Below, in pieces: positions 23,547 to 39,600 of a DNA stretch of 64,000 bases. The notes under the pieces were generated by a model that was given only the letters and a program-made list of their open reading frames with translations, was not told where the DNA came from and made no database searches. Each line of letters opens with the position of its first letter. The first letter of the stretch is position 1. The DNA comes from Tubulanus polymorphus (lineage: Eukaryota; Animalia; Nemertea), in assembly GCF_964204645.1 (NCBI RefSeq), contig NC_134032.1, positions 16,579,452 through 16,643,451 on the forward strand, read 5' to 3'. The translations under genes were made by a program, and so were the position numbers.

Positions 23547-23800
23547 CAAATTCGGACCGAAATTCTTTTTAAAATAAGCGCTACATCGCAACGACCTTGG
23601 TATAAAACCCTAACCCTAATCTGCGAATTTGGTCGAATAAGTCCATAACCGCGATTTACTGAAGAGTCTATTTGGTTGGCCGACTACGAAATCTAGGGTT
23701 AGGGTTAGAAGTGAAGTCACGTGTTTAGGCTAGGATTAGAGTTAGGGTTAAGAACTATACCAACGAAATGAGCCCTGACAAAACTGCAAGACGAAACGTC
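23547..23800. promoter_or_regulatory. Probable bidirectional promoter shared by SPDL1 and EMC3
   Basis: Start codons are 642 bp apart and head-to-head. Contains TATAAAA 23601, CCCTAACCCTAA 23608-23619, TAGGGTTAGGGTTAG 23694-23708 and E-box GTCACGTG 23716-23723. Confidence 0.6.
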
Positions 23801-23974
23801 GGATGTATTTATTGAAAGAAAATATCTTCAAGATGATTGCACAGAACCTAATTTTCACTTAAATAGAATATATTTTCTCAGATTCTAATGGCAGATAATC
23901 TATTGATTTAAAAGTTATAGAGTTTATAGCGGGTATTGTTTCAGGTGTATGAGTTCTGTATATACGGTTTCAAT

Positions 23975-26076
<2,102 letters not shown>

Positions 26077-26415
26077 AATTCACATTTCACAAGTTACTTT
26101 AAAATCACCTGAAATTGTGTGTTTAACTTAAAATCGTAAATGAATTGTGTTCTCTACTGAGAGAGGGGGAAAATACTGTCACTATTACAGTTAAACCATT
26201 TCAGTTTTTATTGTTTGGTTTAATTATAACAGTAAATGAAGTCATGGGTTCCTCGAGTCAGGGTTCCTCGAGTCGGGGTTCCTCGAGTCTGTGTTCCTCG
26301 TGTCAGGGTCCCTCTAGTGGAAGGTAACGGTATCAATGATTTCCTCACGTTTTGCTATTTATTTATGTCGATTTGTATGTAATGAAATAAACAAGTGCAT
26401 TGTCTAAATTCTGTG

Positions 26416-28603
26416 TGTCAATTAGAATGAGGTCTCTTGGAGCCGGTATCTGTCAATTAGAGTGAGGTCTGTTGGAGCCGGTATCTGTCAATTAGAACGA
26501 GATCTGTTGGAGCCGGTATCTGTTAATTAGAATGAGGTCTCTTGGAGCCGGTATCTGTCAATTAGAATGAGGTCTCTTGGAGCCGGTATCTGTCAATTAG
26601 AACGAGATCTGTTGGAGCCGGTATCTGTTAATTATTAGAATGAGTTCTGTTGGAGCCGGTATCTGTCAATTAGAATGAGATCTGTTGGAGCCGGTATCTG
26701 TCAATTAGAATGAGTTCTGTTGGAGGAGCCGGTATCTGTCAATTAGAATGAGTTCTGTTGGAGGAGCCGGTATCTGTCAATTAGAATGAGTTCTGTTGGA
26801 GGAGCCGGTATCTGTCAATTAGAATGAGATCTGTTGGAGCCGGTATCTGTCAATTAGAATGAGTTCTGTTGGAGGAGCCGGTATCTGTCAATTAGAATGA
26901 GGTCTGTTGGAGCCGGTATCTGTCAATTAGAACGAGATCTGTTGGAGCCGGTATCTGTTAATTAGAATGAGGTCTCTTGGAGCCGGTATCTGTCAATTAG
27001 AACGAGATCTGTTGGAGCCGGTATCTGTCAATTAGAATGAGTTCTGTTGGAGGAGCCGGTATCTGTCAATTAGAACGAGATCTGTTGGAGCCGGTATCTG
27101 TTAATTATTAGAATGAGTTCTGTTGGAGCCGGTATCTGTCAATTAGAACGAGATCTGTTGGAGCCGGTATCTGTTAATTATTAGAATGAGTTCTGTTGGA
27201 GCCGGTATCTGTCAATTAGAATGAGATCTGTTGGAGCCGGTATCTGTCAATTAGAATGAGGTCTGTTGGAGGAGCCGGTATCTGTCAATTAGAATGAGTT
27301 CTGTTGGAGGAGCCGGTATCTGTCAATTAGAATGAGTTCTGTTGGAGGAGCCGGTATCTGTCAATTAGAGTGAGGTCTGTTGGAGCCGGTATCTGTCAAT
27401 TAGAATGAGGTCTGTTGGAGGAGCCGGTATCTGTCAATTAGAATGAGTTCTGTTGGAGGAGCCGGTATCTGTCAATTAGAGTGAGTTCTGTTGGAGGAGC
27501 CGGTATCTGTCAATTAGAATGAGATCTGTTGGAGCCGGTATCTGTCAATTAGAGTGAGGTCTGTTGGAGCCGGTATCTGTCAATTAGAATGAGTTCTGTT
27601 GGAGGAGCCGGTATCTGTCAATTAGAACGAGATCTGTTGGAGCCGGTATCTGTTAATTAGAATGAGTTCTGTTGGAGGAGCCGGTATCTGTCAATTAGAA
27701 TGAGTTCTGTTGGAGGAGCCGGTATCTGTCAATTAGAATGAGTTCTGTTGGAGGAGCCGGTATCTGTCAATTAGAATGAGTTCTGTTGGAGGAGCCGGTA
27801 TCTGTCAATTAGAATGAGGTCTGTTGGAGCCGGTATCTGTCAATTAGAATGAGTTCTGTTGGAGGAGCCGGTATCTGTCAATTAGAATGAGTTCTGTTGG
27901 AGGAGCCGGTATCTGTCAATTAGAACGAGATCTGTTGGAGCCGGTATCTGTCAATTAGAATGAGGTCTGTTGGAGGAGCCGGTATCTGTCAATTAGAATG
28001 AGTTCTGTTGGAGGAGCCGGTATCTGTCAATTAGAATGAGGTCTGTTGGAGCCGGTATCTGTCAATTAGAATGAGTTCTGTTGGAGGAGCCGGTATCTGT
28101 CAATTAGAATGAGTTCTGTTGGAGGAGCCGGTATCTGTCAATTAGAACGAGATCTCTTGGAGCCGGTATCTGTCAATTAGAATGAGGTCTGTTGGAGCCG
28201 GTATCTGTCAATTAGAATGAGTTCTGTTGGAGGAGCCGGTATCTGTCAATTAGAATGAGTTCTGTTGGAGCCGGTATCTGTCAATTAGAATGAGATCTGT
28301 TGGAGCCGGTATCTGTCAATTAGAGTGAGGTCTGTTGGAGCCGGTATCTGTCAATTAGAATGAGTTCTGTTGGAGCCGGTATCTGTCAATTAGAACGAGA
28401 TCTGTTGGAGCCGGTATCTGTCAATTAGAATGAGGTCTGTTGGAGGAGCCGGTATCTGTCAATTAGAATGAGTTCTGTTGGAGGAGCCGGTATCTGTCAA
28501 TTAGAATGAGGTCTGTTGGAGCCGGTATCTGTCAATTAGAATGAGTTCTGTTGGAGGAGCCGGTATCTGTCAATTAGAATGAGTTCTGTTGGAGGAGCCG
28601 GTA
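26416..28603. repeat. 35/38-bp minisatellite (TGTCAATTAGAATGAGTTCTGTTGGA[GGA]GCCGGTATC), ~60 copies
   Basis: Continuous array with +3 (GGA or TTA) length variants and a few recurrent SNP variants. Confidence 0.97.
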
Positions 28604-28829
28604 ATGACGACTTGATGGAAACAATTTAATTGACTAATGCTTGTACATGTAGCTGCATTACATCGCTCTTAAATTTCTTTTCTTTTTAAATCTCTTTTAA
28701 CCGGAAGATGGCGCATGTGAAATCGGGTGCACCATGCAAACTTTTGTATTTGTCAATTCAAGAAATTTGATAGTTCAGCGAAATTCCAATAGATGGCAAA
28801 AACATCGTTAATCAGCCTAATCTGGGACA

Positions 28830-30160
28830 ACCCTGTACATCCTCTAAACAGCATCAGGACCACTTTGAATCACTATCAGTAATTACTGGGTTCGACCGGG
28901 GGGCATTAGTATAATTACTGGGTTCGAACCCGGTACACCCCTGTACATCCTCTATTCAGCATCAGGACCACTCTGAATCACTAATTACTGGCTTCGGACC
29001 CGATACACCCCTGTACATCCTCTATACAGCATCAGGACCACTTTGAATCACTAATTACTGGGTTCGAACCCGGGAAACCCCTGTACATCCTCTATTCAGC
29101 TTCAGGACCACTCTGAATCAGTGTCAGTAATTACTGGTTCTCGAACCCGGGACACCCTGTACATCCTTTATTCAGCATCAGGATCACTCTGAATCAGTAT
29201 TAGAAATTACTGGGTTCAGACCAGGCCACCCCTGTTCATCCTCTATTCAGCATCACTTTTGTGGATATAAACAATTCACCGTATGGTGCTGCCGCTATGC
29301 TCATCGTTAGCGGGATTTTCATACACTAACGTAAATCAACTCTGGCAAGCTAGGGTTACGCAGGGTACATCGATTGCCAGAGGTAACTTTAATTAGTGTA
29401 TGAAAATTCCGCTAACGATGAGCATAGCGGCAGCACCGTACTGTCGTGACACCCCCGTACCTCCTCTATTCAGCATCGGGACCACTCTGAATCAGTATCA
29501 GTAATTACTTCGTTCGAACCCGGGAAACCCCTGTACATCCTCTATTCAGCTTCAGGACCACTCTGAATCAGTGTCAGTAATTACTGGGTTCCAACCCGGG
29601 GCACCCCTGAACAGTCTATTCAGCTTCAGGACCACTCTGAATCAGGGTCAGTAATTACTGGGTTCCAACCCGGGGCACCCCTGAACATCCTCTATTCAGC
29701 TTCAGGACCACGCTGAATCAGTATCAGTAATTACTGGGTTCAGACCAGGCCACCCCTGTCCATCCTCTATTCAGCATCACTTTTGTGGATATAAACAATT
29801 AACCGTATGGTGCTGCCGCTATGCTCATCGTTAGCGGGATTTTCATACACTAACGTAAATCAATTCTGGCAAGCTAGGGTTACGGAGGGTACATCGATTG
29901 CCAGAGGTAACTTTAATTAGTGTATGAAAATTCCGCTAACGATGAGCATAGCGGCAGCACCGTACGGCCGGGAAACCCCTGTACATCCTCCATTCAGCAT
30001 CAGGATCACATTCTGAATCAGTGTCAGTAATTACTGGGTTTGAACCCAGGACACCCCTTTACATCGTTATTCAGCTTCAGTACCACTCTGAATCAGTATC
30101 AGTAATAACCGGGTTTGAACATGGGAAACATCCTCTATTTCAGCATCAGAAGTAATTACT
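28830..30160. repeat. ~70-78-bp degenerate tandem array carrying GGGTTCGAACCC, interrupted by two MITE copies
   Basis: Unit CCCTGTACATCCTCTATTCAGCATCAGGACCACTCTGAATCAGTATCAGTAATTACTGGGTTCGAACCCGGGACA; the inverted counterpart is at 13090-13830 and a relic at ~12190-12290. Confidence 0.9.
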
Positions 30161-31579
30161 GAAAAGCTTGTACCTGTGACACCTATTTTCAATGAGTATT
30201 CCACCATCGATGGAATCAGTGTCCACTGCAGATTGATACTGCTAAATGAAATTCTTTAAGACTGATGGGATCCTAATAATTAAGTAAATAGAGTCTCATT
30301 ACTCTAAGTCGGCGAGTTGCAGTAAAACGTAGCTCATGCAGGTTTTAATCTGCTGCCTGCCGTACCACAGACCTTGAATAGCAGACACATCTGAAAGGGA
30401 TCGGTGTCAAGGTGTGTTTGAAGAGTGACGTAGTAAGTGACAGTAGCAAAGTCTAAACGGGCGTCTCAATGGTATGGGTTGGTACTGAAGCATTCTCAGA
30501 TAGGGCAGTGCCAGACTGCAGATCGGTACATGCATTAAGGTAACTTTGGAGTAATTCAAAGTTGTAAAATAAAGAAAGTCTCTACCACATTGAGAGTGGT
30601 TTGAAACTCAATGGAACCTTCCTGTTAAACACGAATCTTAAGGGCAAAAGTGAAATTGCCATACATGTAATAATTAGGTTTCAGATTATCCCGAAATCTG
30701 GATTGATATAGATATTTTAACTGGGACAAGCTACTAACAGAATCGTATTAATGAGGTTTAACTGTACTCTAATTTCATTTAATTCACTTCCGGAGCAAAA
30801 ATAATCCATGTACAATAGACTTCTAACTGGAATCAATTAAGACAAGGTGATAGTTCTAGTCACCTGTAGACAATAGAACTTCAATGCAATAGTTCCATGT
30901 ATTTATGTCTGGGTTGGTGTAAGCTTAGAGAATGATTACTCCAATATGTAAATAACTAGACTTGAAATGATTCCAGTTAACAGAGAGTCCACTGTACATT
31001 ATATGAAGAAAAAGTAACACATATAATATGTAGCGAACAACTGACCACTAATGATACTGATGTTACAACAACTAGTGGTTAGTAGTTCAAATGGTATTCA
31101 TAAACAATAGTTCAACAGATAATCAAACACCATAAAATCAATGTATTCATCAATATCATAATCAAACAAGTCAAGAGCAAACTGAGTATCTTGAGTTAAG
31201 AGTTTAACATCCTCAGAATGAGATGCAACATAAAAACAATCATTTTAAAGAAATAAATGTATTTACAAAAACAAACGCAAAGTCATAAGTACATAATCTC
31301 CACATATACAGTGCATTCATTCATAACTGTAACAAAACTCTAAACCAAAGTTTGACATCCTCAATTATCATTTATAAAATAATTTAACCAGCACAACAAA
31401 AACAAGAGAAGCCCTTTGAAATGTATGCATTAAAAACGCAAAGTCGCAGCACATCAGTAATTAATAACCCACAATCAGATTCAACAACAAACCAGCCAAT
31501 CAAACCATCAATTCATATTTATTTTTCAATAGATGTACAATGTGTATTTACATTCAACCTATACTGAAGCAATCAGCCT

Positions 31580-31955
31580 CAGAGAAATTGGTTGGCACCT
31601 CTTGAACTACGATAACTCGCGGTAACAAACACTGAAAGTCCCGCTTTGATGGAGAAATTGGTCGGCATCTCTGGAACTACCGACAACTCGCGGTAACAAA
31701 CACTGAAAGTCCCGATTTGACGGAGAAATTGGTCGGCATCTAAGGAACTGCGCTAACTTGCGGTAACAAACACTGAAAGTCCCGATTTGACGGAGAAATT
31801 GGTCGGCATCTAAGGAACTGCGCTAACTTGCGGTAACAAACACTGAAAGTCCCGATTTGACAGAGAAATTGTTCGGCATCTCTGGAACTACGATAACTCG
31901 CGGTAACAATCACTGAGAGTCCCAAATTGACGGGGAAATTGGTCGGCATCTCTGA
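31580..31955. repeat. 70-bp tandem repeat x~5
   Basis: AACAAACACTGAAAGTCCCGATTTGACGGAGAAATTGGTCGGCATC... at 31624, 31695, 31765, 31835, 31905. Confidence 0.9.
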
Positions 31956-32087
31956 TTTGATCTTTTCCAGTCGTCTGATATTCTACAGCCAACCACAAGC
32001 TCAATACATGTGCTACAATGTGAAAACACAAAATATGAATAATGATATCATTTTTGAGACTTCTTCAAAAATATATTTCAATCATAC

Positions 32088-33400
32088 CTGCTTTTTAGTC
32101 GATTCAGACACATGACTCTTAGGTTATTCATGGGGAAATTGATCTGCATCATCGGTATCGTTTCCATCTTGATATCTGATATTGTTTGACGAATAACTCA
32201 ATACTAACTACAACAACAATGTACTAAATAAACTATGATTTTCATTTATAACTCTTCATAAAAACAAAATTCATCAAATTTCAATTTTACCTGATTTATA
32301 GTCAATTCAGATTCATGACTCGGACCTTGACGAATTTGCTCAATTCTTCCTGAACTCTGATGTTTTCCTTTTCTCTGGTTTTGAGCATCTCTTACAACAA
32401 CAGTCCACTAACTACAACAAAAATACATAAAAGTAACCAGTTCCAATGAGTCGACTGTTCCTGCAAAGAAATTCATAAGTTCAATTTTACCTGATTCATA
32501 GTCAATCTAGACACATGACTTAGAAGAGAAATTTCTCAGAACTTCAGTAACTTTTCGTATCTTCTTGAACTTTCTGTTTGATGTGGAGATTCCCAGAGTA
32601 CTTCGATTTCTGCGTACAAACACTGAAAGAAGTTCCGAATTGATGGAGAAATTTGTCAGCATCTCTGATCTGATTCCTGTCGTCTGACAATTTATGGCCA
32701 ACCACAAGCTCAATACTACAATGATATAACACAAAATATGAATAATGATATCATTTTTGAGACTCTTCTTCAAAATAAATTTCAATTATACCTGATTTAT
32801 AGTCAATTCAGATTCATGACTCGGACCATGAGGAATTTGCTCAACACTTCCTGAACTCTGATGTTTCCTTTCCTCTGGTTTTGAGCGTTTCTAACAACAA
32901 CAGTCCACTGGCTACAACAAAAATACATAAAATAAATGTAACCATCTTCTTTAAGTCGACTGTTCCTGCAAAGAAGTTCATATCAAGTATAATTTTACCT
33001 GATTCATAGTCAATTCAGACTCATGACACCTTAAATATATCTCAACGACGACTTGAACAATCCTGGATGTTTCCTGTCAATCGTTTGGTATTTTGTACTT
33101 GATGACCAAATCGATACACGCTACAACAGGGAAATATGAAATACATGTAATACTAACTTTCAGTCCTAGTTGAGAACATTCTTATCTACAAATAAATTTA
33201 TAGCAATTTATACTATACCTGATTTATAGTCTTTACTTAGTGAAATTTCTAAGAACCTCAGGAACTTTCAGTATCATCTTGAACTTTCTGTTTGGGGGGG
33301 GGGGGGGGGGTTGTGGTGTGGAGATTCCTCAGTGGAGTACCTCAGATTTCTATTGACAACAGACACCAATCCAACACTTCTCTTTCTGGTACTTTCATCT
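32088..33400 (-). pseudogene. Decayed tandemly duplicated exons (mostly ~120 nt, phase 0-0) of an unknown gene
   Basis: Units 32088-32207, ~32291-32412, ~32491-32715, 32792-32911, 32999-33120 and 33219-? end in ...CAG|GTA, mostly after a TTGTAG acceptor, with ~80-100 nt spacers. They share a C-terminal (S)H(E/V)SELT(I/M)NQ motif, and every unit I translated has a stop or frameshift. Confidence 0.55.
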
Positions 33401-33627
33401 TTCTCTTTCCTCTCGTTTTTTACAAATTGATATTCAATTATTTTACATTTTGATATTTTTAGCATCATAAAATGTTTTTCTTTACATCATCGTTATTTGA
33501 GATAGATACAAATAATACGTTTCCTAACGTACCTCAATTTTAATCTAACAGCTGATTGTAAATTCTCTCCACACACAAAGATGGCATGAGAGATTGTACA
33601 AGGATAGATACAAATAATACGTTATTG

Positions 33628-36600
33628 ATATATATTACAATATATACAAAGAACCAACACCAGCCACATTTCAATGATTCAACCACCACAAAGCTATCGA
33701 TGGATAGCTGTTTTGAATATTTATACATTTAAAATTGTAAAGTCGTAATAAGGACGATCAGGAAACATAATCAATCCCAATTCACCGACATATATTACAA
33801 TATATACACAGAACCAACACCAGCGACATTTCAATGATTCAACCACCACAAAGCTATCGATGGATAGCTGTTTTGAATATTTATACATTTAAAACGTAAA
33901 GTCGTAATGAGGACGATCAGGAAACATAATCAGTCCCAATTCACCGATATATATTACAATATATACACAGAACCAACATCAGCGACATTTCAATGATTCA
34001 ACCACCACAAAGCTATCGATGGATAGCTGTTTTGAATATTTATACATTTAAAACGTAAAGTCGCAATAAGGACGATCAGGAAACATAATTAGTCCCAATT
34101 CACCGACATATATTACAATATATACACAGAACCAACACCAGCGACATTTCAATGATTCAACCACCACAAAGCTATCGATGGATAGCTGTTTTGAATATTT
34201 ATACATTTAAAACGTAAAGTCGCAATAAGGACGATCAGGAAACATAATCAGTCCCAATTCACCGACATATATTACAATATATACACAGGACCAACACCAG
34301 CGACATTTCAATGATTCAACCACCACAAAGCTATCGATGGATAGCTGTTTTGAATATTTATACATTTAAAACGTAAAGTCGCAATAAGGACGATCAGGAA
34401 ACATAATCAGTCCCAATTCACCGACATATATTACAATATATACACAGAACCAACACCAGCGACATTTCAATGATTCAACCACCACAAAGCTATCGATGGA
34501 TAGCTGTTTTGAATATTTATACATTTAAAACGTAAAGTCGCAATAAGGACGATCAGGAAACATAATCAGTCCCAATTCACCGACATATATTACAATATAT
34601 ACACAGAAGCAACACCAGCGACATTTCAATGATTCAACCACCACAAAGCTATCGATGGATAGCTGTTTTGAATATTTATACATTTAAAACGTAAAGTCGC
34701 AATAAGGACGATCAGGAAACATAATCAGTCCCAATTCACCGACATATATTACAATATATACACAGAACCAACACCAGCGACATTTCAATGATTCAACCAC
34801 CACAAAGCTATCGATGGATAGCTGTTTTGAATATTTATACATTTAAAACGTTAAGTCGCAATAAGGACGATCAGGAAACATAATCAGTCCCAATTCACCG
34901 ACATATATTACAATATATACACAGAACCAACACCAGCGACATTTCAATGATTCAACCACCACAAAGCTATCGATGGATAGCTGTTTTGAATATTTATACA
35001 TTTAAAACGTAAAGTCGCAATAAGGACGATCAGGAAACATAATCAGTCCCAATTCACCGACATATATTACAATATATACACAGAACCAACACCAGCGACA
35101 TTTCAATGATTCAACAACCACAAAGCTATCGATGGATAGCTGTTTGAATATTTATACATTTAAAACGTAAAGTCGCAATAAGGACGATCAGGAAACATAA
35201 TCAATCCCAATTCACCGACATATATTACAATATATACACAGAACCAACACCAGCGACATTTCAATGATTCAACCACCACAAAGCTATCGATGGATAGCTG
35301 TTTTGAATATTTATACATTTAAAACGTAAAGTCGCAATAAGGACGATCAGGAAACATAATCAGTCCCAATTAACTAATATATATTACAATATATACACAG
35401 AACCAACACCAGCGACATTTCAATGATTTAACCACCACAAAGCTATCGATGGATAGCTGTTTTGAATATTTATACATTTAAAACGTAAAGTCGTAATGAG
35501 GACGATCAGGAAACATAATCAGTCCCAATTCACCGATATATATTACAATATATACACAGAACCAACACCAGCCACATTTCAATGATTCAACCACCACAAA
35601 GCTATCGATGGATAGCTGTTTTGAATATTTATACATTTAAAACGTTAAGTCGCTATAAGGACGATCAGGAAACATAATCAGTCCCAATTCACCGACATAT
35701 ATTACGATATATACAATGTACCAACACCAGCGACGTTTCAATGATTCAACCACCACAAAGCTATCGATGGATAGCTGTTTTGAATATTTATACATTTAAA
35801 ATGTTAAGTTTTAATGAGGACGATCAGGAAGCATAACTCGCCCAAACTCAATATCACCCCATAACAGAGTGTATTAATTAACACGCAGCAGCAAGCTGCA
35901 GTATTAAAGGAGCCCATCAGTGTTGTAACACACTGACAATTCAGTTTGTTTGTCACGTTTCTACATGACAATTGAAGAAGGAAGGAGGAGACTCCTGCAC
36001 TCAATATCACTCCAAAACAGAGTGTATTAATTAACACCCAGCACCAAGCAGCAGTATTAAAGGAGGTCATCAGTTTTGTAACACACTGAAAATTCAGTTT
36101 GTTTGTCACGTTTCGACTTGACAGTTGAAGAAGAAAGAGGAGACTCCTGATTTCAATATCACCCCAAAACAGAGCCAGCAGCAAGCAGCAGTATTAAAGC
36201 AGGTCATCAGTGTTGTAACACACTGACAATTCAGTTTGTCACGTTTCTACATGACAGTTGAAGAAGGAAGGAGGAGACTCCTGAACTCAATATCATCCCA
36301 AAACAGAGCCAGCAGCAAGCGGCAGTATTTAAGGAGGATGATTTATGATGTTATAATGTTTAATGTAATTAGTCTTTTTGTAATAATGTTTAATGTAATA
36401 ATTCAAGAAGTTCAGGGAAAGAGGTAAGAATTAACACGCACCAGCAACGTGCAGTATTGAAGGAGGCCATCAGTGTTGTACCAAACTGACAATTCAGTTT
36501 GTTTGTCACGTTTCTACGTGACAACTGAAGAAGGAAGGAGGAGACTCCTGCACTCAATATTACCCCTGGACAGAATGTATTAATTAACAACCAGCACCAA

Positions 36601-39600
36601 GCAGCAGTATTAAAGGAGGCCATCAGTGTTGTAACAAACTGACAATTCAGTTTGTTTGTCACGTTTCTACATGACAGTTGAAGAAGGAAGGAGGAGACTC
36701 CTGAACTCAATATTACCCCAAAACAGAGTGTATTAATTAACACCCAGCAGCAAGCAGCAGTATTAAAGCAGGTCATCAGTGTTGTAACACACTGACAATT
36801 CAGTTTGTTTGTCACGTTTCTACATGACAATTGAAGGAAGGAGGAGACTCCTGCACTCAATATCACCCCTGAACAGAATGTATCAATTAACACGCAGCAG
36901 CAAGCAGCAGTATTAAAGGAGGTCATCAGTGTTGTAACACACTGACAATTCAGTTTGTTTGTCACGTTTCTACATGACAGTTGAAGAAGGAAGGAGGAGA
37001 CTCCTGAACTCAATATTACCCCAAAACAGAGTGTATTAATTAACACCCAGCAGCAAGCAGCAGTATTAAAGGAGGTCATCAGTGTTGTACCACACTGACA
37101 ATTTAGTTTGTTTGTCACGTTTCTACATGACAGTTAATAACCTCCAAGTGCAAGGAACCAAAGTGAAGCTATCAAACAATAGCATCTTTGAGTATAACAC
37201 CTTTAAAATCCGTAATATAATAATAATTTGCTGCTACAATATATACACAGAACCAACACCAGCGACATTTCAATGATTCAACCACCACAAAGCTATCGAT
37301 GGATAGCTGTTTTGAATATTTATACATTTAAAACGTAAAGTCGTTATGAGGACGATCAGGAAACATAATCAATCCCAATTCACCGACATATATTACAATA
37401 TATACACAGAACCAACACCAGCGACATTTCAATGATTCAACCACCACAAAGCTATCGATGGATAGCTATTTTGAATATTTATACATTTAAAATTGTAAAG
37501 TCGTAATAAGGACGATCAGGAAACAAAATCAATCCCAATTCACCGACATATATTACAATATATACACAGAACCAACACCAGCGACATTTCAATGATTCAA
37601 CCACCACAAAGCTATCGATGGATAGCTGTTTTGAATATTTATACATTTAAAACGTAAAGTCGCAAAAAGGACGATCAGGAAACTAGTCAATCCCAAGTCA
37701 CCGACATATATTACAATATATACACAGGACCAACACCAGCGACATTTCAATGATTCAACCACCACAAAGCTATCGATGGATAGCTGTTTTGAATATTTAT
37801 ACATTTAAAACGTAAAGTCGCAATAAGGACGATCAGGAAACATAATCAGTCCCAATTAACTGATATATATTACAATATATACACTGAACCAACACCAGCG
37901 ACATTTCAATGATTCAACCACCACAAAGCTATCGATGGATAGCTGTTTTGAATATTTATACATTTAAAACGTAAAGTCGCAATAAGGACGATCAGGAAAC
38001 ATAATCAGTCCCAATTAACTGATATATATTACAATATATACACTGAACCAACACCAGCGACATTTCAATGATTCAACCACCACAAAGCTATCGATGGATA
38101 GCTGTTTTGAATATTTATACATTTAAAATGTTAAGTTGTAATGAGGACGTTCAGGAAGCATAACTCGCCCAAACTCAATATCACCCCATAACAGAGTGTA
38201 TTAATTAACACGCAGCAGCAAGCTGCAGTATTAAAGGAGGTCATCAGTGTTGTAACACACTGACAATTCAGTTTGTTTGTCACGTTTCTACATGACAGTT
38301 GAAGAAGGAAGGAGGAGACTCCTGCACTCAATATCACCCCAAAACAGAGTGTATCAATTAACACGCAGCAGCAAGCTGCAGTATTAAAGGAGGTCATCAG
38401 TGTTGTAACACACTGACAATTCAGTTTGTTTGTCACGTTTCTACATGACAGTTGAAGAAGGAAGGAGGAGACTCCTGCACTCAATATCACCCCTGAACGG
38501 AATGTATCAATTAACACACAGCAGCAAGCAGCAGTATTAAAGGAGGTCATCAGTATTGTAACACACTGACAATTCAGTTTGTTTGTCACGTTTCTACATG
38601 ACAGTTGAAGATGGAAGGAGGAGACTCCTGCACTCAATATCACCCAGGAACAGAATGTATCAATTAACACGCAGCAGCAAGCAGCAGTATTAAAGGAGGT
38701 CATCAGTGTTGTAACACACTGACAATTCAGTTTGTTTGTCACGTTTCTACATGACAGTTGAAGAAGGAAGGAGGAGACTCCTGAACTCAATAGTACCCCA
38801 AAACAGAGTGTATTAATTAACACCCAGCAGCAAGCAGCAGTATTAAAGGAGGTCATCAGTGTTGTACCACACTGACAATTTAGTTTGTTTGTCACGTTTC
38901 TACATGACAGTTAATAACCTCCAAGTGCAAGAAACCAAAGTGAAGCTATCAAACAATAGCATCTTTGAGTATAACACCTTTAAAATCCGTAATATAATAA
39001 TAATTTGCTGCTACAATATATACGCAGAACCAACACCAGCGACATTTCAATGATTCAACCACCACAAAGCTATCGATGGATAGCTGTTTTGAATATTTAT
39101 ACATTTAAAACGTAAAGTCGTTATGAGGACGATCAGGAAACATAATCAATCCCAATTCACCGACATATATTACAATATATACACAGAACCAACACCAGCG
39201 ACATTTCAATGATTCAACCACCACAAAGCTATCGATGGATAGCTGTTTTGAATATTTATACATTAAAAATTGTAAAGTCGTAATAAGGACGATCAGGAAA
39301 CATAATCAATCCCAATTCACCGACATATATTACAATATATACACAGAACCAACACCAGCGACATTTCAATGATTCAACCACCACAAAGCTATCGATGGAT
39401 AGCTGTTTTGAATATTTATACATTTAAAACGTAAAGTCGTTATGAGGACGATCAGGAAACATAATCAATCCCAATTCACCGACATATATTACAATATATA
39501 CACAGAACCAACACCAGCGACATTTCAATGATTCAACCACCACAAAGCTATCGATGGATAGCTGTTTTGAATATTTATACATTTAAAACGTAAAGTCGTA

